From: Eledone cirrhosa
Lineage: Eukaryota
Reading direction: 5' to 3'
Length of the DNA: 64,000 bases
Assembly: GCA_964016885.1 (NCBI GenBank)
Contig: OZ024746.1
Coordinates: 16,182,001-16,246,000, forward strand
Part shown: positions 26,850 to 40,349 of the stretch, piece by piece
How positions within the stretch are numbered: the first letter of the stretch is position 1
Layout of the letters: each line of letters starts with the position of its first letter
Notes under the pieces: model-generated
The model's input: only the letters and a program-made list of their open reading frames with translations
What the model was told of the DNA's origin: nothing
Databases searched by the model: none
Program-made: the position numbers and the translations under genes

Positions 26850-29800
26850 GTAGTGTGGTGTGGTGTGGTGTAGTGTGTTGTGGTAGTGTAGTGTGGTGTG
26901 GTGTGGTGTAGCATAATGTAGTGTGGTGTGGGGTGTAGTGGTGTAGTGTGGTGGTGTAGTGTGTTGTGGTGGTGTAGTGTGGTGTGGTGTGGTGTAGCAT
27001 AATGTAGTGTGGTGTAGTGTGGTGTAGTGTGGTGTGGTGTGGTGTAGCATAATGTAGTGTGGTGTAGTGGTGTAGTGTGGTGTAGTGTGGTGTGGTGTAG
27101 TGTGTTGTGGTGGTGTAGTGTGGTGTAGTGGTGTAGTGTGGTGTAGTGTGGTGTGGTGTAGTGTGTTGTGGTGGTGTAGTGTGGTGTGGTGTGGTGTAGC
27201 ATAATGTAGTGTGGTGTAGTGGTGTAGTGTGGTGTAGTGTGGTGTGGTGGTGTAGTGTGGTGTGGTGTGGTGCGGTGTGGTGGTGTAGTGTGGTGTGGTG
27301 TAGCATAATGTAGTGTGGTGTAGTGGTGTAGTGTGGTATGGTGGTGTGGTGTGGTGTGGTGGTGTGGTGGTGTAGTGTGGTGTGGTGTAATGTAGTGTGG
27401 TGTAGTGGTATAGTGTGGTGTGGTGGTGTAGTGTGTTGTGGTGGTGTAGTGTGGTGTGGTGTGGTGTAGCATAATGTAGTGTGGTGTGGTGGTGTAGTGT
27501 GGTGTGGTGGTGTGGTGTGGTGGTGTGGTGTGGTGTGGTGGTGTAGTGTGGTGTGGTGTAGCATAATGTAGTGTGGTGTAGTGGTGTAGTGTGGTATGGT
27601 GGTGTGGTGTGGTGTGGTGGTGTGGTGTGGTGGTGTAGTGTGGTGTGGTGTAATGTAGTGTGGTGTAGTGGTATAGTGTGGTGTGGTGGTGTAGTGTGTT
27701 GTGGTGGTGTAGTGTGGTGTGGTGTAGCATAATGTAGTGTGGTGTAGTGGTGTAGTGTGGTGTGGTGGTGTAGTGTGGTGTGGTGGTGTGGTGTGGTGGT
27801 GTGGTGTGGTGTGGTGGTGTAGTGTGGTGTGGTGTGGTGTAGCATAATGTAGTGTGGTGTAGTGGTGTAGTGTGGTATGGTGGTGTGGTGTGGTGTGGTG
27901 GTGTGGTGTGGTGGGGTAGTGTGGTGTGGTGTAATGTAGTGTGGTGTAGTGGTATAGTGTGGTGTGGTGGTGTAGTGTGGTGTGGTGTAGTATAGTGGGG
28001 TGTGATGTGGTGTGGTGTAGTGTGGTGTGGTGTAGCATAATGTAGTGTGGTGTAGTGGTGTAGTGTGGTGTGGTGGTGTAGTGTGGTGTGGTGTGGTGGT
28101 GTAGTGTGGTGTGGTGGTGTAGTGTGGTGTAATGTAGTGTGGTGTAGTGGTGTAGTGTGGTGTGGTGGTGTAGTGTGGTGTGGTGTAATGTAGTGTGGTG
28201 TAGTGGTGTAGTGTGTTGTGGTGGTGTAGTGTGGTGTAGCATAATGTAGTGTGGTGTGGTGTAGTGTGGTGTGGTATGGTGTAGCATAATGTAGTGTGGT
28301 GTAATGGTGTAGTGTGGTGTGGTGTGGTATGGTGTAGCATAATGTAGTGTGGTGTAGTGGTGTAGTGTGGTGTGGTGTAATGTGGTATAGCGTAATGTAG
28401 TGTGGTGTAGTGGTGTGATGTGGTGTGGTGTGATGTGGTGTGGTGTAATGCGGTGTAGCGTAATGTAGTGTGGTGTAGTGGTGTAGTGTGGTGTGGTGTG
28501 ATGTGGTGGTGTAGTGTGGTGTGGTGTAATGTGGTGTAGTGTAATGTAGTGTGGTGTGGTGTGGTGTAATGTGGTGTAGTGTGGTGTAGTGTAGTATAGT
28601 GTGGTGTGGTATAGTGTGATGTGGTGTGGTGTAATGTGGTGTAGTGTAGTATAGTGTGGTGTGGTGTAATGTGGTGTAGTGTAGTATAGTATGGTGTGGT
28701 ATAGTTTAATGTGGTGTAATGTGGTGTAGTGTAGTATAGTGTGGTGTGGTATAGTGTGGTGTGGTATAGTGTGGTGTGGTGTAATGTGGTGTAGTGTAGT
28801 ATAGTGTGGTGTGGTATAGTGTGGTGTGGTGTAATGTGGTGTAGTGTAGTATAGTGTGGTGTGGTATAGTGTGGTGTAATGTGGTGTAATGTAGTATAGT
28901 GTGGTGTGGTATAGTGTGGTGTGGTGTAATGTGGTGTAGTGTAGTATAGTGTGGTGTGGTATAGTGTGGTGTGGTGTAATGTGGTGTAGTGTAGTATAGT
29001 GTGGTGTGGTATAGTGTGGTGTGGTGTAATGTGGTGTAGTGTAGTATAGTGTGGTGTAGTGTAGTATAGTGTGGTGTGGTATAGTGTGGTGTGGTATAGT
29101 GTGGTGTGGTGTAATGTGGTGTAGTGTAGTATAGTGTGGTGTGGTATAGTGTGGTGTGGTGTAATGTGGTGTAGTGTAGTATAGTGTGGTGTGGTATAGT
29201 GTGGTGTGGTGTAATGTGGTGTAGTGTATTATAGTGTGGTGTGGTATAGTGTGGTGTGGTGTAGTATAGTGTGGTGTGGTGTAATGTGGTGTAGTGTAGT
29301 ATAGTGTGGTGTGGTATAGTGTGGTGTGGTGTAGTATAGTGTGGTGTGGTGTGGTGTGGTGTGGTGTAATGTGGTGTAGTGTAGTATAGTGTGGTGTGGT
29401 ATAGTGTGGTGTGGTGTAGTATAGTGTGGTGTGGTGTGGTGTGGTGTGGTGTAATGTGGTGTAGTGTAGTATAGTGTGGTGTGGTATAGTGTGGTGTGGT
29501 GTAGTATAGTGTGGTGTGGTGTGGTGTGGTGTGGTGTAATGCGGTGTAGTGTAGTATAGTGTGGTGTGGTATAGTGTGGTGTGGTGTAGTATAGTGTGGT
29601 GTGGTGTGGTGTGGTGTGGTGTAATGTGGTGTAGTGTAGTATAGTGTGGTGTGGTATAGTGTGGTGTGGTGTAGTATAGTGTGGTGTGGTGTAGTGTGGT
29701 GTAATGTGGTGTAGTGTAGTATAGTGTGGTGTGGTATAGTGTGGTGTGGTGTAATGTGGTGTAGTGTAGTATAGTGTGGTGTGGTGTGGTGTGGTGTAAT

Positions 29801-30063
29801 GTGGTGTAGTGTAGTATAGTGTGGTGTGGTATAGTGTGGTGTGGTGTAGTATAGTGTGGTGTGGTGTGGTGTAATGTGGTGTAGTGTAGTATAGTGTGGT
29901 GTGGTATAGTGTGGTGTGGTGTAATGTGGTGTAGTGTAGTATAGTGTGGTGTGGTGTGGTGTGGTGTAATGTGGTGTAGTGTAGTATAGTGTGGTGTGGT
30001 GTGGTGTAATGTGGTGTAGTGTAGTGTAGTATAGTGTGGTGTGGTGTGGTGTAATGTGGTGTA
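26850..30063. repeat. Pentamer satellite (GTGTG/GTAGT), ~3.2 kb
   Basis: Direct inspection; source of the 1135-aa H/T/Y/P ORF artefact. Confidence 0.97.
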
Positions 30064-30229
30064 GTCTCTAGTAGATTGGCATACTACCAGGATTTCAGAT
30101 GTGTCAGAATTACTGAACTTGTTAGTGCTGGACTTATTCATGAAATATATTCCCAAAACACTAAACAAGCAGTTGATACTTTGTTCCACTGCATACATTT
30201 AGTAATTGAGGTAGTTGTACTGAATAGAC

Positions 30230-30695
30230 AATCATCATCATCATCCTTTAACATCCATTTTCCAACACTAGCATGGGTTAGAAGAGTTGTCCTGTTGTGA
30301 GACAAGTTCATACAGAACTGTTTCTGGCTTGGTTTCAACAGCCGGATGCTCTTCCTAATGCCAACCACATTTACTGTGTGATCTGAGTGCTTTTTGTTGT
30401 GTCACCAACATGACCACTTTACAGTGTAATCTGAGTGCTTTTTGTTGTGTCACCAACATGACCACTTTACAGTGTAATCTGAGTGCTTTTTGTTGTGTCA
30501 CCAACATGACCACTTTACTGTGTGATCTGAGTGCTTTTTGTTGTGTCACCAACATGACCACTTTACAGTGTAATCTGAGTGCTTTTTGTTGTGTCACCAA
30601 CATGACCACTTTACAGTGTGGGCTGGGTGCTTTTTGTTGTGCCACCAACACAACCATTTTACAGGGTGGACTGGGTGTTGTAATGCCCCAGCTCT
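30230..30695 (-). mobile_element. RTE-tail SINE/LINE 3' UTR with an internal 48-bp tandem expansion (~5 copies)
   Basis: (CAT)n tail and ggatgc…cttcctaa motif; tandem ttacagtgtaatctgagtgctttttgttgtgtcaccaacatgaccact. Confidence 0.8.
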
Positions 30696-30699
30696 AACA

Positions 30700-31200
30700 T
30701 TTGGTAATCAGAAGGGAGGTAGGTGTAAAAGCCAAACTTGCTATCTTTAATTCGGTATTCGTGCCAACCCTTACCTATGATCACGAATCTTGAGTAATGA
30801 CCGAAAGAATGCAATTGTGAATACGAGCAGCCAAAATGGCGTGCCTCTGAAGGATCTTTGGAGTAACGTTACTTGATGGAGTACATAGTTTGGAGATCAG
30901 AGAGGTACTTCAGATAGAGCCACTACTTCTCCGAATTGAGGGATCACAGTTCCAGTACTATAGGAATGTGATTAGAACGTCTCAGGAAAGAATTGCTGGA
31001 CAGATTTTACAGGCAAAACCAACTGGCAGGAGACCCAGAGGTAGACCCCCCAAGCAGGATGGTTGGATAACATCCATGAGCTTGACTGGTCTTGCTTGGG
31101 GATCCAGTTAGAGACGGTTGCTTCTGACAGGACCAGCTGGAGGGAGTGTTTGAGGACTCTGCCACCACAACCCTCTCAGGAATAAGTGGGTGAAGAAGGA
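30700..31200 (+). mobile_element. RTE (Expander-like) LINE RT C-terminal fragment
   Basis: KAKLAIFNSVFVPTLTYxHES*VMTE…IREVLQIEPLLLRIE…TGRRPRGRP, with stops. Confidence 0.85.
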
Positions 31201-31262
31201 GGAGTAGGCAGTGGCAGTGAAGCATGGTGTCCAGCACTCTACCGATAGTGACAATCCACATA

Positions 31263-31585
31263 ATAATAATTGTTTCTACTTTGGGCACAAGGCCAGCCAT
31301 TTCCCCAGTGTATTACTGGTACTTTATTTTATCGACCCTGTAAGGATAAAAGGCAAAGTTAACCTTGGTGTGATTTGAACTCACCGAGGTTAACATAATA
31401 ATAATTGTTTCTACTTTAGGCACAAGGCCAGCAATTACCCAGTGCATTACTGGTACTTTATTTTATCGACCCCGTAAGGATGAAAGGCAAAGTCAACCTC
31501 GGCGGGATTTGAACTCAGATCGTAAAGGGACGTAACTATGCTGGAAAGCATGGCGTCCGACCCTCTACTGATACTGCCAATCCAA
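31263..31585 (-). mobile_element. Two tandem Meta-like SINE copies
   Basis: Repeated ataataattgtttctacttt…ggatgaaaggcaaagt. Confidence 0.8.
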
Positions 31586-32466
31586 TAATAATGATAATAG
31601 TTCTTTAACATTGGTAACTTGACACAAATTAATTAATTAATTAAATAAAGAACTAGACAAGTCTCCCCAAACAGATGCACTTTTTTCAAGGAAATTCTCT
31701 GTCCCGATATTTTATATACACTGATAATCCAGTCAACAAATATATTGAATTGAAGCGCCAACATCTATAAATGTTATGGAAAATCTATAAATCATCTCCC
31801 CCAATGTGGATGAACCAAAAAAAGGTATGCAAAAAATGATAGTCACGTGGAGAATGAAGTAGAAATAGCACAAACATTCGGTAGATATATAAAAGTGACT
31901 TTGGAGTTTAGAATTATGACGAAACCTCACTAAAAACACAAAGGCAAATTAACAATGTAACATTTGCTACAAAATATTTGGATAAATTTTGATCATGGAA
32001 TCAAAAGATAGCTATAAAAAAAAAGAGCTATATAAAAGTGATGGGGCAGATGAAACAGATGAATTGCAACATGCACAACATGAAAGAAGATTAGAAAAGA
32101 ACTCAATAGAGGAGTTAGACAAATATCAAATACCAAAGTTAATGTGAGAAATTATATAATAGGTATAAACACACTAGTTAGCTCAACCCCAACATAACTG
32201 ACAGATAACTAAATTGAAATGCTTTGATAAAAAATCAAAAAAAAATCATAAACTCAGTATTCTGAGTTTATTATCCTAAAGCTGAGGTTGATAGAATATA
32301 AGTACATGGAATGGTAAGGGTGGCTGGGTGGGAGAATATAGGCAAATACAGAATGACTATAAAATAACCAGCATGTTATAAATATTTATAACTTAACAAG
32401 GAAAAACTGATTAGCACATTAAAATTATCCCCATATAAAAAAAAAAAACTCTTATTTGAGTGTGTG

Positions 32467-32538
<72 letters not shown>

Positions 32539-32560
32539 CACACACATTTATATACACACG

Positions 32561-32602
<42 letters not shown>

Positions 32603-32665
32603 CACACATATACATATATATATATATTTACACACACACATATATACAACATATATACACACATA

Positions 32666-32696
<31 letters not shown>

Positions 32697-33401
32697 ATAT
32701 ACATATATATGTGTACATGTATATATATATATGTAAGTATGTGTACATGTATATATATACATATATATGTGTGTGTGTATAAATATACATATATATATAT
32801 ATATATATACACATATATATGTGTACATGTATATATATATATATAAATATGTATGTATATATCTGTACATGTATATATACATATATATGTGTGTATATAT
32901 ATATATATATATACACACGTATATATGTGTACATGTATATATATATATGTATATATATGTTTGTATGTATGTGTACATGTATATATATACATATATATAT
33001 GTGTATATATATATGTATATATATATATATATAAAGAAACAATTAGGCAGAGAATGTAAATAGTTTATCTAGGCACACAGTATCAGTAAAGAAAATTAAG
33101 AAAACATGCAAAAAAAAAAAAAAAAAATTAAGCGTAAGTTGAAAGGTTAATTCTTAAAACAACAATGATGAAATGAAAATTTGTAGTAACCAAACAAATT
33201 TGTATATATAGACACACGCACATATCTGGGTTCGTGTCCCATGTACAGCAATACTCATCCTTTTTTCCATTCAGAGGGCTTTTTAAAATCCCAACTAACA
33301 GACTAACTCTATGTAGTCAAATACGGCATAAGCACATGTTACTACCTAATTTTCAAATTTGCTGGCAGTTTAGACAAATTGCTGGCAGTTTAGACAAATT
33401 T

Positions 33402-33993
33402 GCTAGACGCTGTACGGTTTAATTCGGGATGTTTGTTTACAAACACACTGAGCATTATAATAAATATTCGGTGAATCCATACGTACATATATATATGTGT
33501 GCATGTATGTATATATATATACATACTACTGTCCGTCTGTATACATATATGTATGTACGTATACATACTTATATTTAAGTAACAGCCGTACTAAGAGTGA
33601 GAAATGAAATTTCGTTTCATTTTTTCCGTTTATCGTTTTCGGTACCCCGGCCGATTAACTCACTCGATATGCAAATTAGGCTGCTCAGCCGTTAATATGC
33701 ATAGGGAAAGTTTATACTTTCAGACGTTCAATTATCTGGCAGGAGGGTATACGTTGCTGACGATTGCTAATAAGCTTGAAACTAGTACAGCGTTCCTTTG
33801 TCAGTGTTGAACAAATGAGCAACGATGGTTGCTAGACACTGTACGGCTTAATTCGGGATGTTTGTTTACAAACATACCGAGCATTATAATAAATGTTCGG
33901 TGAATCCATACGTACATATATATATGTGTGTGCATGTATGTATATATATATATACATACTACTGTACGTCTGTATACATATATGTATGTACGT

Positions 33994-33997
<4 letters not shown>
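33402..33997 (+). mobile_element. Partial tandem (429 bp period) hammerhead-containing repeat, PLE pLTR or non-LTR retrozyme-like
   Basis: gctagac.ctgtacgg.ttaattcgggatg recurs at 33402 and 33831; a hammerhead lies between them. Confidence 0.75.
33751..33793 (+). ncRNA. Type I hammerhead ribozyme (family A)
   Basis: ACGTTG-CTGACGA-TT-GCT-AATA-AGC-TT-GAAA-CTAG-TA^CAGCGT: helix I pairs fully, core intact, palindromic helix III. Confidence 0.85.
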
Positions 33998-34038
<41 letters not shown>

Positions 34039-35802
34039 CTAATCTGGCCGAGTTTACACTCGCAAATAAGAAGAACCAGGGCCACCCCTAGGAGCATTGG
34101 ATTTGGTGAACTTCATATTTGTTTCAGTTACTGAATACAATCAGGGGGTCACTGCTTTTCCTGAAGGTCAATAGTTCTCTTCAAACTCGAGCATTGTTCT
34201 CAGAACCACTACACCAGTCTTTCAATGTGTGCAGCTGGAACTACTGCCACCCATTGATTTGGCAGGATTTTTTTTTTTTTTCATATATTTATGTCTACAT
34301 GTTTATCTATCTATCTAACTTTTTAAATTGCATTTGTGATAACATTTTACACGTTTTTATTGTATGTAAACTTCCCCCTTTGTATTTGTCCCCTTCTTTT
34401 GTGCCCCTGTGGCTAATAAAGAAACATATCTATCTATCTATCTATCTACATATGTGCGTGTGTATGTGTCAACATGTGAATGTATATTTATATCATCATC
34501 ACCGTTTAACGTCCATTTTTCCATGTTAGCATGCGTTAAACAAATTGTACTGTTGTAAGACAAGCCAGGTCCGATGATGACCATGTCATGCTCATACAGG
34601 ACTAGTTTTGGCTTGGTTTCTACTGCTGGTTGCCCTTCCTAATGCTAACAATATTTACAGTGTCTGCTGGGTGCTTTTTGTCGTGGCACCTATATGACCA
34701 CTTCACAGTGTGGGCTGGGCATTTTTTGTTGTGTTACCCACACAACCACATTATAGTGTGGTCATGTAGGTAACAGTTCATCTCCTCCCAACTGTGATAG
34801 ATGTTTTGACATAATACACTGGGTGTTTCTACTTTGTTGTTGATATTAATATTAACCAGGCATGAACTCCTCTGAAACAACATTACAACACTCTATAAAC
34901 TAAAGAATTATAAACCAATCGGAATATAAACTTACCACCCTCTCTTCCCTATTTTATGTCTGAGAAATAGGCGAAAATCCAAACCCCATTTATAAACCTA
35001 GACAGCTAATCAACACATTGTTTAGATGGCATATATAAGTCCTCCTCCTCCTCCTTCTTCTTCTTCTTCTTCTTCTTCTTCTTCTTCTTCTTCTTCTTCT
35101 TCTTCTTCTTCTTCAAGTGTTTTTTATTCAATCCAGGTATGTCAAAACGTTTCAATAGAATACAAACAAACAGTATATATATATGTATCCCAGTACAACC
35201 TGTCTCATGGTCAGGTCGTTGGCGACTAAACTGGCAACCCCATCAAGGTTTCTTGGTGAGGAGGGTGACTTTGGACATCCTGCAGGACTAAAAACAAAAC
35301 CTGTCAAAGGGCAAAGGAGCTCTTAAGAGTCAATGGCCATCCAAAATCACCGGGATAGATGACCCCTTAGCCTTTGTCAAGGCAGAATTCTAGGAGAAGG
35401 AAAACTCTGATATAACACCTGCAACCCTGATGGTATCCAATGATGTTGACTTGTTCTTCTTTTTGGTAAATATCATCTTGGTTAAGAGAGTGGGACTGGC
35501 TTTGTGCAGTGCCTTTGCTCACTATAAAAGCTTCATGGCACAGGCATTGCTTTATATCTGGAGATCTCTCTGCACTTGTCGTCACATGGTACCATGGGCC
35601 CAGCACTATGTGTCAATAATTGTCACAAGTGTAGTGTTTGTACCAGAGTTTTCAAGTCGCTGGCTGGACTACAAAGTCACACTCGTTCAGCGCATCGGTA
35701 GGGGTTCTCCTACATGGATATAAAGTAGTGGCCGTACTCGAAAACGAGTTGGCAGCCACCATATATATATATATGTATAGAAGTGGATCCTCAGCTCGGA
35801 AT

Positions 35803-35854
35803 GCCATTCCGAGCTGAGGATCCGCTAAGGTGAAACAATTGTTCTCGGTATGGT
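35803..35854 (+). ncRNA. Type I hammerhead ribozyme (family B)
   Basis: GCCATTCCGAG-CTGAGGA-T-CC-GCTAA-GG-T-GAAA-CAATTG-TT^CTCGGTATGGT. Confidence 0.8.
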
Positions 35855-36108
35855 GAACTAACTGTTGTGTAACTACTTCTACCTAACTCGTCCCATGGAC
35901 TGAGTGCTCTACCACTACGGATATTACCTTCCAGTGTTCCACCACTATATCTATATATACAAGAATGAGACATGGTCATCTGATCAATCTTGCCTCAAGT
36001 GGGGCTATTCCCATCTAACCCATGCTAGCATGGAAGATAGACGTTAAACGATGATGATGTATATATATAAAATGAAAAAATGTGCTGGAGGGGTGCTGGA
36101 GTTTCTCT

Positions 36109-36420
36109 CTAATAATTATTGAAGCAAGCCATCCCACTGACAGCATTGCTGCAGGAGATAGCGAGGCTAAGACACTGGAATAACCAAGTACCCTCACAGG
36201 CATCACTTGGTAACTTGGTAAGACAAGCTACCAACAATGACAAGAATCTCATTGTCAACAACTCAGCTCTTCCAAATGTCTCAGACGCTATAGGCTGAAA
36301 AAAAAAAAAGTTTGTCAATGATTCCTGGTATTTTAGAATTTTGTTTACTCAGTATGGATGCAGCGACCTTCACCTTCACCACAGAAACAGTTATTTTCTT
36401 GACAAGCAAGTGGCTTGTTG
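36109..36420 (-). mobile_element. CRE-like non-LTR retrotransposon 3' end (restriction-like endonuclease C-terminus)
   Basis: KYQESLTNFFFFQPIASETFG…FL…EGTWLFQCLSLAISCSNAVS resembles the KY…FxPIAxETxG…WLFQRLSxAIxRGNA motif. Confidence 0.7.
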
Positions 36421-37242
36421 GGAATATTTTGGAGGTTTATTCATCATCAACATTTAACGTCCATTTTCCACGCTAGTATGGGTTAGACAAGTCATCCAGC
36501 TGTGAGACATGTCAGGTCTGATGACCATGTCTTGCTCACACAGAACTGAATATTCTTGGGAGTAATTATTTTCCTTTGATTAAACAACTGGATATTCTTT
36601 TTAATTAATTAATTTATTTATTTTAGTGAAGGTGTGTGGCTTACTGGTTAGAGAATTGAATTTGCAATTGTGACGTCGTAAGTTCGATTCCTGGACTGGG
36701 TGATGCATTATGTCTTTGAGCAAAACACACTTTATTTCATGCCGTTCCTTCTGCCAGGAGTTGCAACCAGTTGAAATTATCAGCAATAGGAAAGACCAAT
36801 GGAAACATTTTTTCCTTGGTCTGATTTGGTTGAGTTCCACCCCACTCGGTAAATGAATGAGGTCTGAGATCTTGTTGATCAATTTGATTGGTCAATTGCT
36901 TTTAGTGGGTAGGATTCATCTATTCTTGTTAAGTTAAATTAAGCAAACAAGTGGAATATTCATCGGTGAAAGTGACTGAGGTCCATTCTATTCCAATATA
37001 GAGAGAGATATATTCTGTTCATCATATGCTTCTCTTTGTCAAAAAGTTATCTTCAAATATCAACTATATTAAATAACTTTGCTAAGAGAAATCAAAACAA
37101 ATCTACTTATATTGAAACTATTAAAACATACTTTAAATGTTTTTGTTTCATCTTTAATTAAAACTGTGAAAATGGTTTTATCATATCATAATGTCATCCT
37201 CTTCCTTTGACATCATTTCATATCTCATATTAGTTGGGAATG

Positions 37243-37545
37243 TGTGTGGCTTAGAGGTTAAATTGCTGGGCTTATGGTTGTCAGGTTGTGAGTTCAATTC
37301 CTAGACTGAGTGACACAATATGTCCTTGAGCAAAACACTTTATTTCACGTTGCTCCAGTCCACTCAGCTGGCAAAACAATGAGCTAACTTAAGATCCCAA
37401 ACTTGTCATCCACTGTGTCATGTTGAATTTCCCCATGAACTACATTAAAGGTGCATGTTTCTGTGGAATGCTCAGCCACCTGTACATTAATGTCACAAAG
37501 AGGCTGTTCCATTGTTCAAATAACTATGACACTCATCTTCTAGCA
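37243..37545 (+). mobile_element. tRNA-derived CORE-like SINE
   Basis: A/B boxes, ccttgagcaaaacactttatttcacgttgctccagt. Confidence 0.75.
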
Positions 37546-37611
37546 AAAAAGAAAGGTATATATATATATACCTTTTATATATCTATATGTCTATATCTAT
37601 CTCTCTCTCTC

Positions 37612-37660
<49 letters not shown>

Positions 37661-37751
37661 ATACATATATGTATATATATATGTATATATATGTGTATAT
37701 ATATGTATATATATATGTATATATATGTATATATATATGTATATATATATG

Positions 37752-37786
<35 letters not shown>

Positions 37787-37787
37787 G

Positions 37788-38300
<513 letters not shown>

Positions 38301-38393
38301 ACATATATAAGCAAAGAGATATTTAATTTGTTGGTTATTCAACAAATTTATTTATAACAGATTCGAAGCACTCTACAAGTTTTCTGGAGTATA

Positions 38394-39792
38394 ATATCAA
38401 TGATATTAATAAATGGAAACTATATTTATAAAACCATATTTATTTTATTATATATATTTCAAGGGTACCAAATTTTTGGTACGCTCTCATCAGATAAAAT
38501 ACAAAATTTGTTTTATAAATGGTGACATACCCAAGAAACCAGACCTTATTGGTTCAGGTTCAGTTTGGATAGTGAAAGAAAAATTTCAAATCTTTAGGAT
38601 GAATATGTAAATGAGGTTGAAACGTAAGGCTGAAAAAAGATTGTTATATTTAGACGCTAGGTAAATTAAAATAATTTTTAGTATAATTTATAAAGAGTGT
38701 AAAAAAATTTAAGGAATGATTATAAGAAAAAATTATAGTTAGAAATACACTATTATTCTTAAGATAAAATTGTATGGATCATATCAGTGATGGTGTAAAG
38801 AGAGTGATATAATTATATTTAATTATATTTATATAATTATATTTTTATAATTATATTTATATAATTATATATAAAAATATTTAAATTATCTATCTAGTGA
38901 AAATAACAACATATATACTCACCAAAAATATTTATATAAATACTTATATAAATAACCTGTTGTAATATAATAAACTAAAATATACTTACAGCCTTAAAAT
39001 ATACTTATAAATATTATCTATATAATTGTTTCTACTTTAGGCACAAGGCCAGCAATTACCCAGTGCATTACTGGTACTTTATTTTATCGATTCTGTAAGG
39101 ATGAAAGGCAAAGTCAACCTCGGCGGGATTTGAACTCAGATCATAAAGGGACGTAACTATGTTGGAAAGCATGGCGTCCGACATGATTTGAATAGATCCA
39201 ATAATTAGTTGTATATCTCAATTTTTTTTAATTTTAAATTTGGTATTCTACCACTTCAACACATTTTTAACTCTCATATTATTTTATAAATATACCAAAA
39301 TATATGATTATATAATTAAATAATTAAATATAATTATATCACTCTCTTTACACCATCACTGATATGGTCCATACAATTTTATCTTAATAATAATAGTGTA
39401 TTTCTAACTATAATTTTTTCTTATAATCATTCCTTAAATTTTCTTACGCCCTAATATTAATATTAGCCTCTCTTTTTCTTCTTCTCTTTATAAATTGTCC
39501 TAATAATTATTTAAATTTAACTAGCGTCTAAATATAACAATCTTTTTTCAGCCTTACATTTTAACCTCATTTACATATTCATCCTAAAGATTTGAAATTT
39601 TTCTTTCACTATCCAAACTGAACCTGAACTGATAAGGTCTGGTCTGGTTTCTTGGGTATGTCACCATTTATAAAACAAATTTTGTAGTTCATCTGATGAG
39701 AGCATACCAAAATTGTGGTACCCTTGAAATATATATAATAAAATTAATATGGTTTTATAAATATAGTTTCTATTTATTAATATCATTGATAT
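38394..39792. mobile_element. Large fold-back (~430-470 bp arms) of a probable Penelope-like GIY-YIG relic; SINE in the spacer
   Basis: 38394-~38830 is the reverse complement of ~39318-39792; decayed reading TK…HQIK…RPY…GS…KEKFQI. Confidence 0.7.
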
Positions 39793-39927
39793 ATATATAT
39801 ATACTCTTTTACTCTTTTACCTGTTTCAGCCATCCGGCTGATAAAATTTATTTATTTTCATACACGGAACAAAAGTGCTACCTAAGGTTTCAAAACCCAA
39901 TATTGACCACATCTCCAGAATACATAT

Positions 39928-40015
39928 AAGTGCCTGAAGATAGGCCACAATTTTTAACGCTCTTACATTCTGGAGATGTGGTCAATATTGGGCCTTGAAA
40001 CCTTCGGTAGTGCTT
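39928..40015 (+). ncRNA. Type I hammerhead ribozyme with long helix II (family C)
   Basis: AAGTGC-CTGAAGA-T-AGGCC…GGCCT-T-GAAA-CC-TTC-GG-TA^GTGCTT; helix I closes with G·U pairs. Confidence 0.75.
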
Positions 40016-40349
40016 TCATTCGTGTATGAACATAAATATATAGTTGTTTCTACTTTAGGCACAAGGTCAGCAATTACCCAGTACATTACTGGTACTTTAT
40101 TTTATCGACCCCATAAGGATGAAAGGCAAAGTTAACCTCAGCGGGATTTTAACTCAGGTCATAAAGGGACGTAACTACACTGGAAAGCATGTCTGACTCT
40201 TTACCGATACTGCCAATATAATATAATATTTTTGCTCTCTTCCTGATTGAGCACTGTTTTCCATTTTCTTTTTTCTCACCTATGGATATTTTTACATATA
40301 CATACATACATATATACATACATATATATATAAAAATAAATGGAATAGA

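Noticed and set aside
26791-30198. 1135-aa His/Thr-rich ORF
   Set aside because: Pentamer satellite lacking stops on one strand.
31690-32140. Purine-rich, coding-looking stretch
   Set aside because: Multiple stops and no recognisable motif; possibly old TE sequence.
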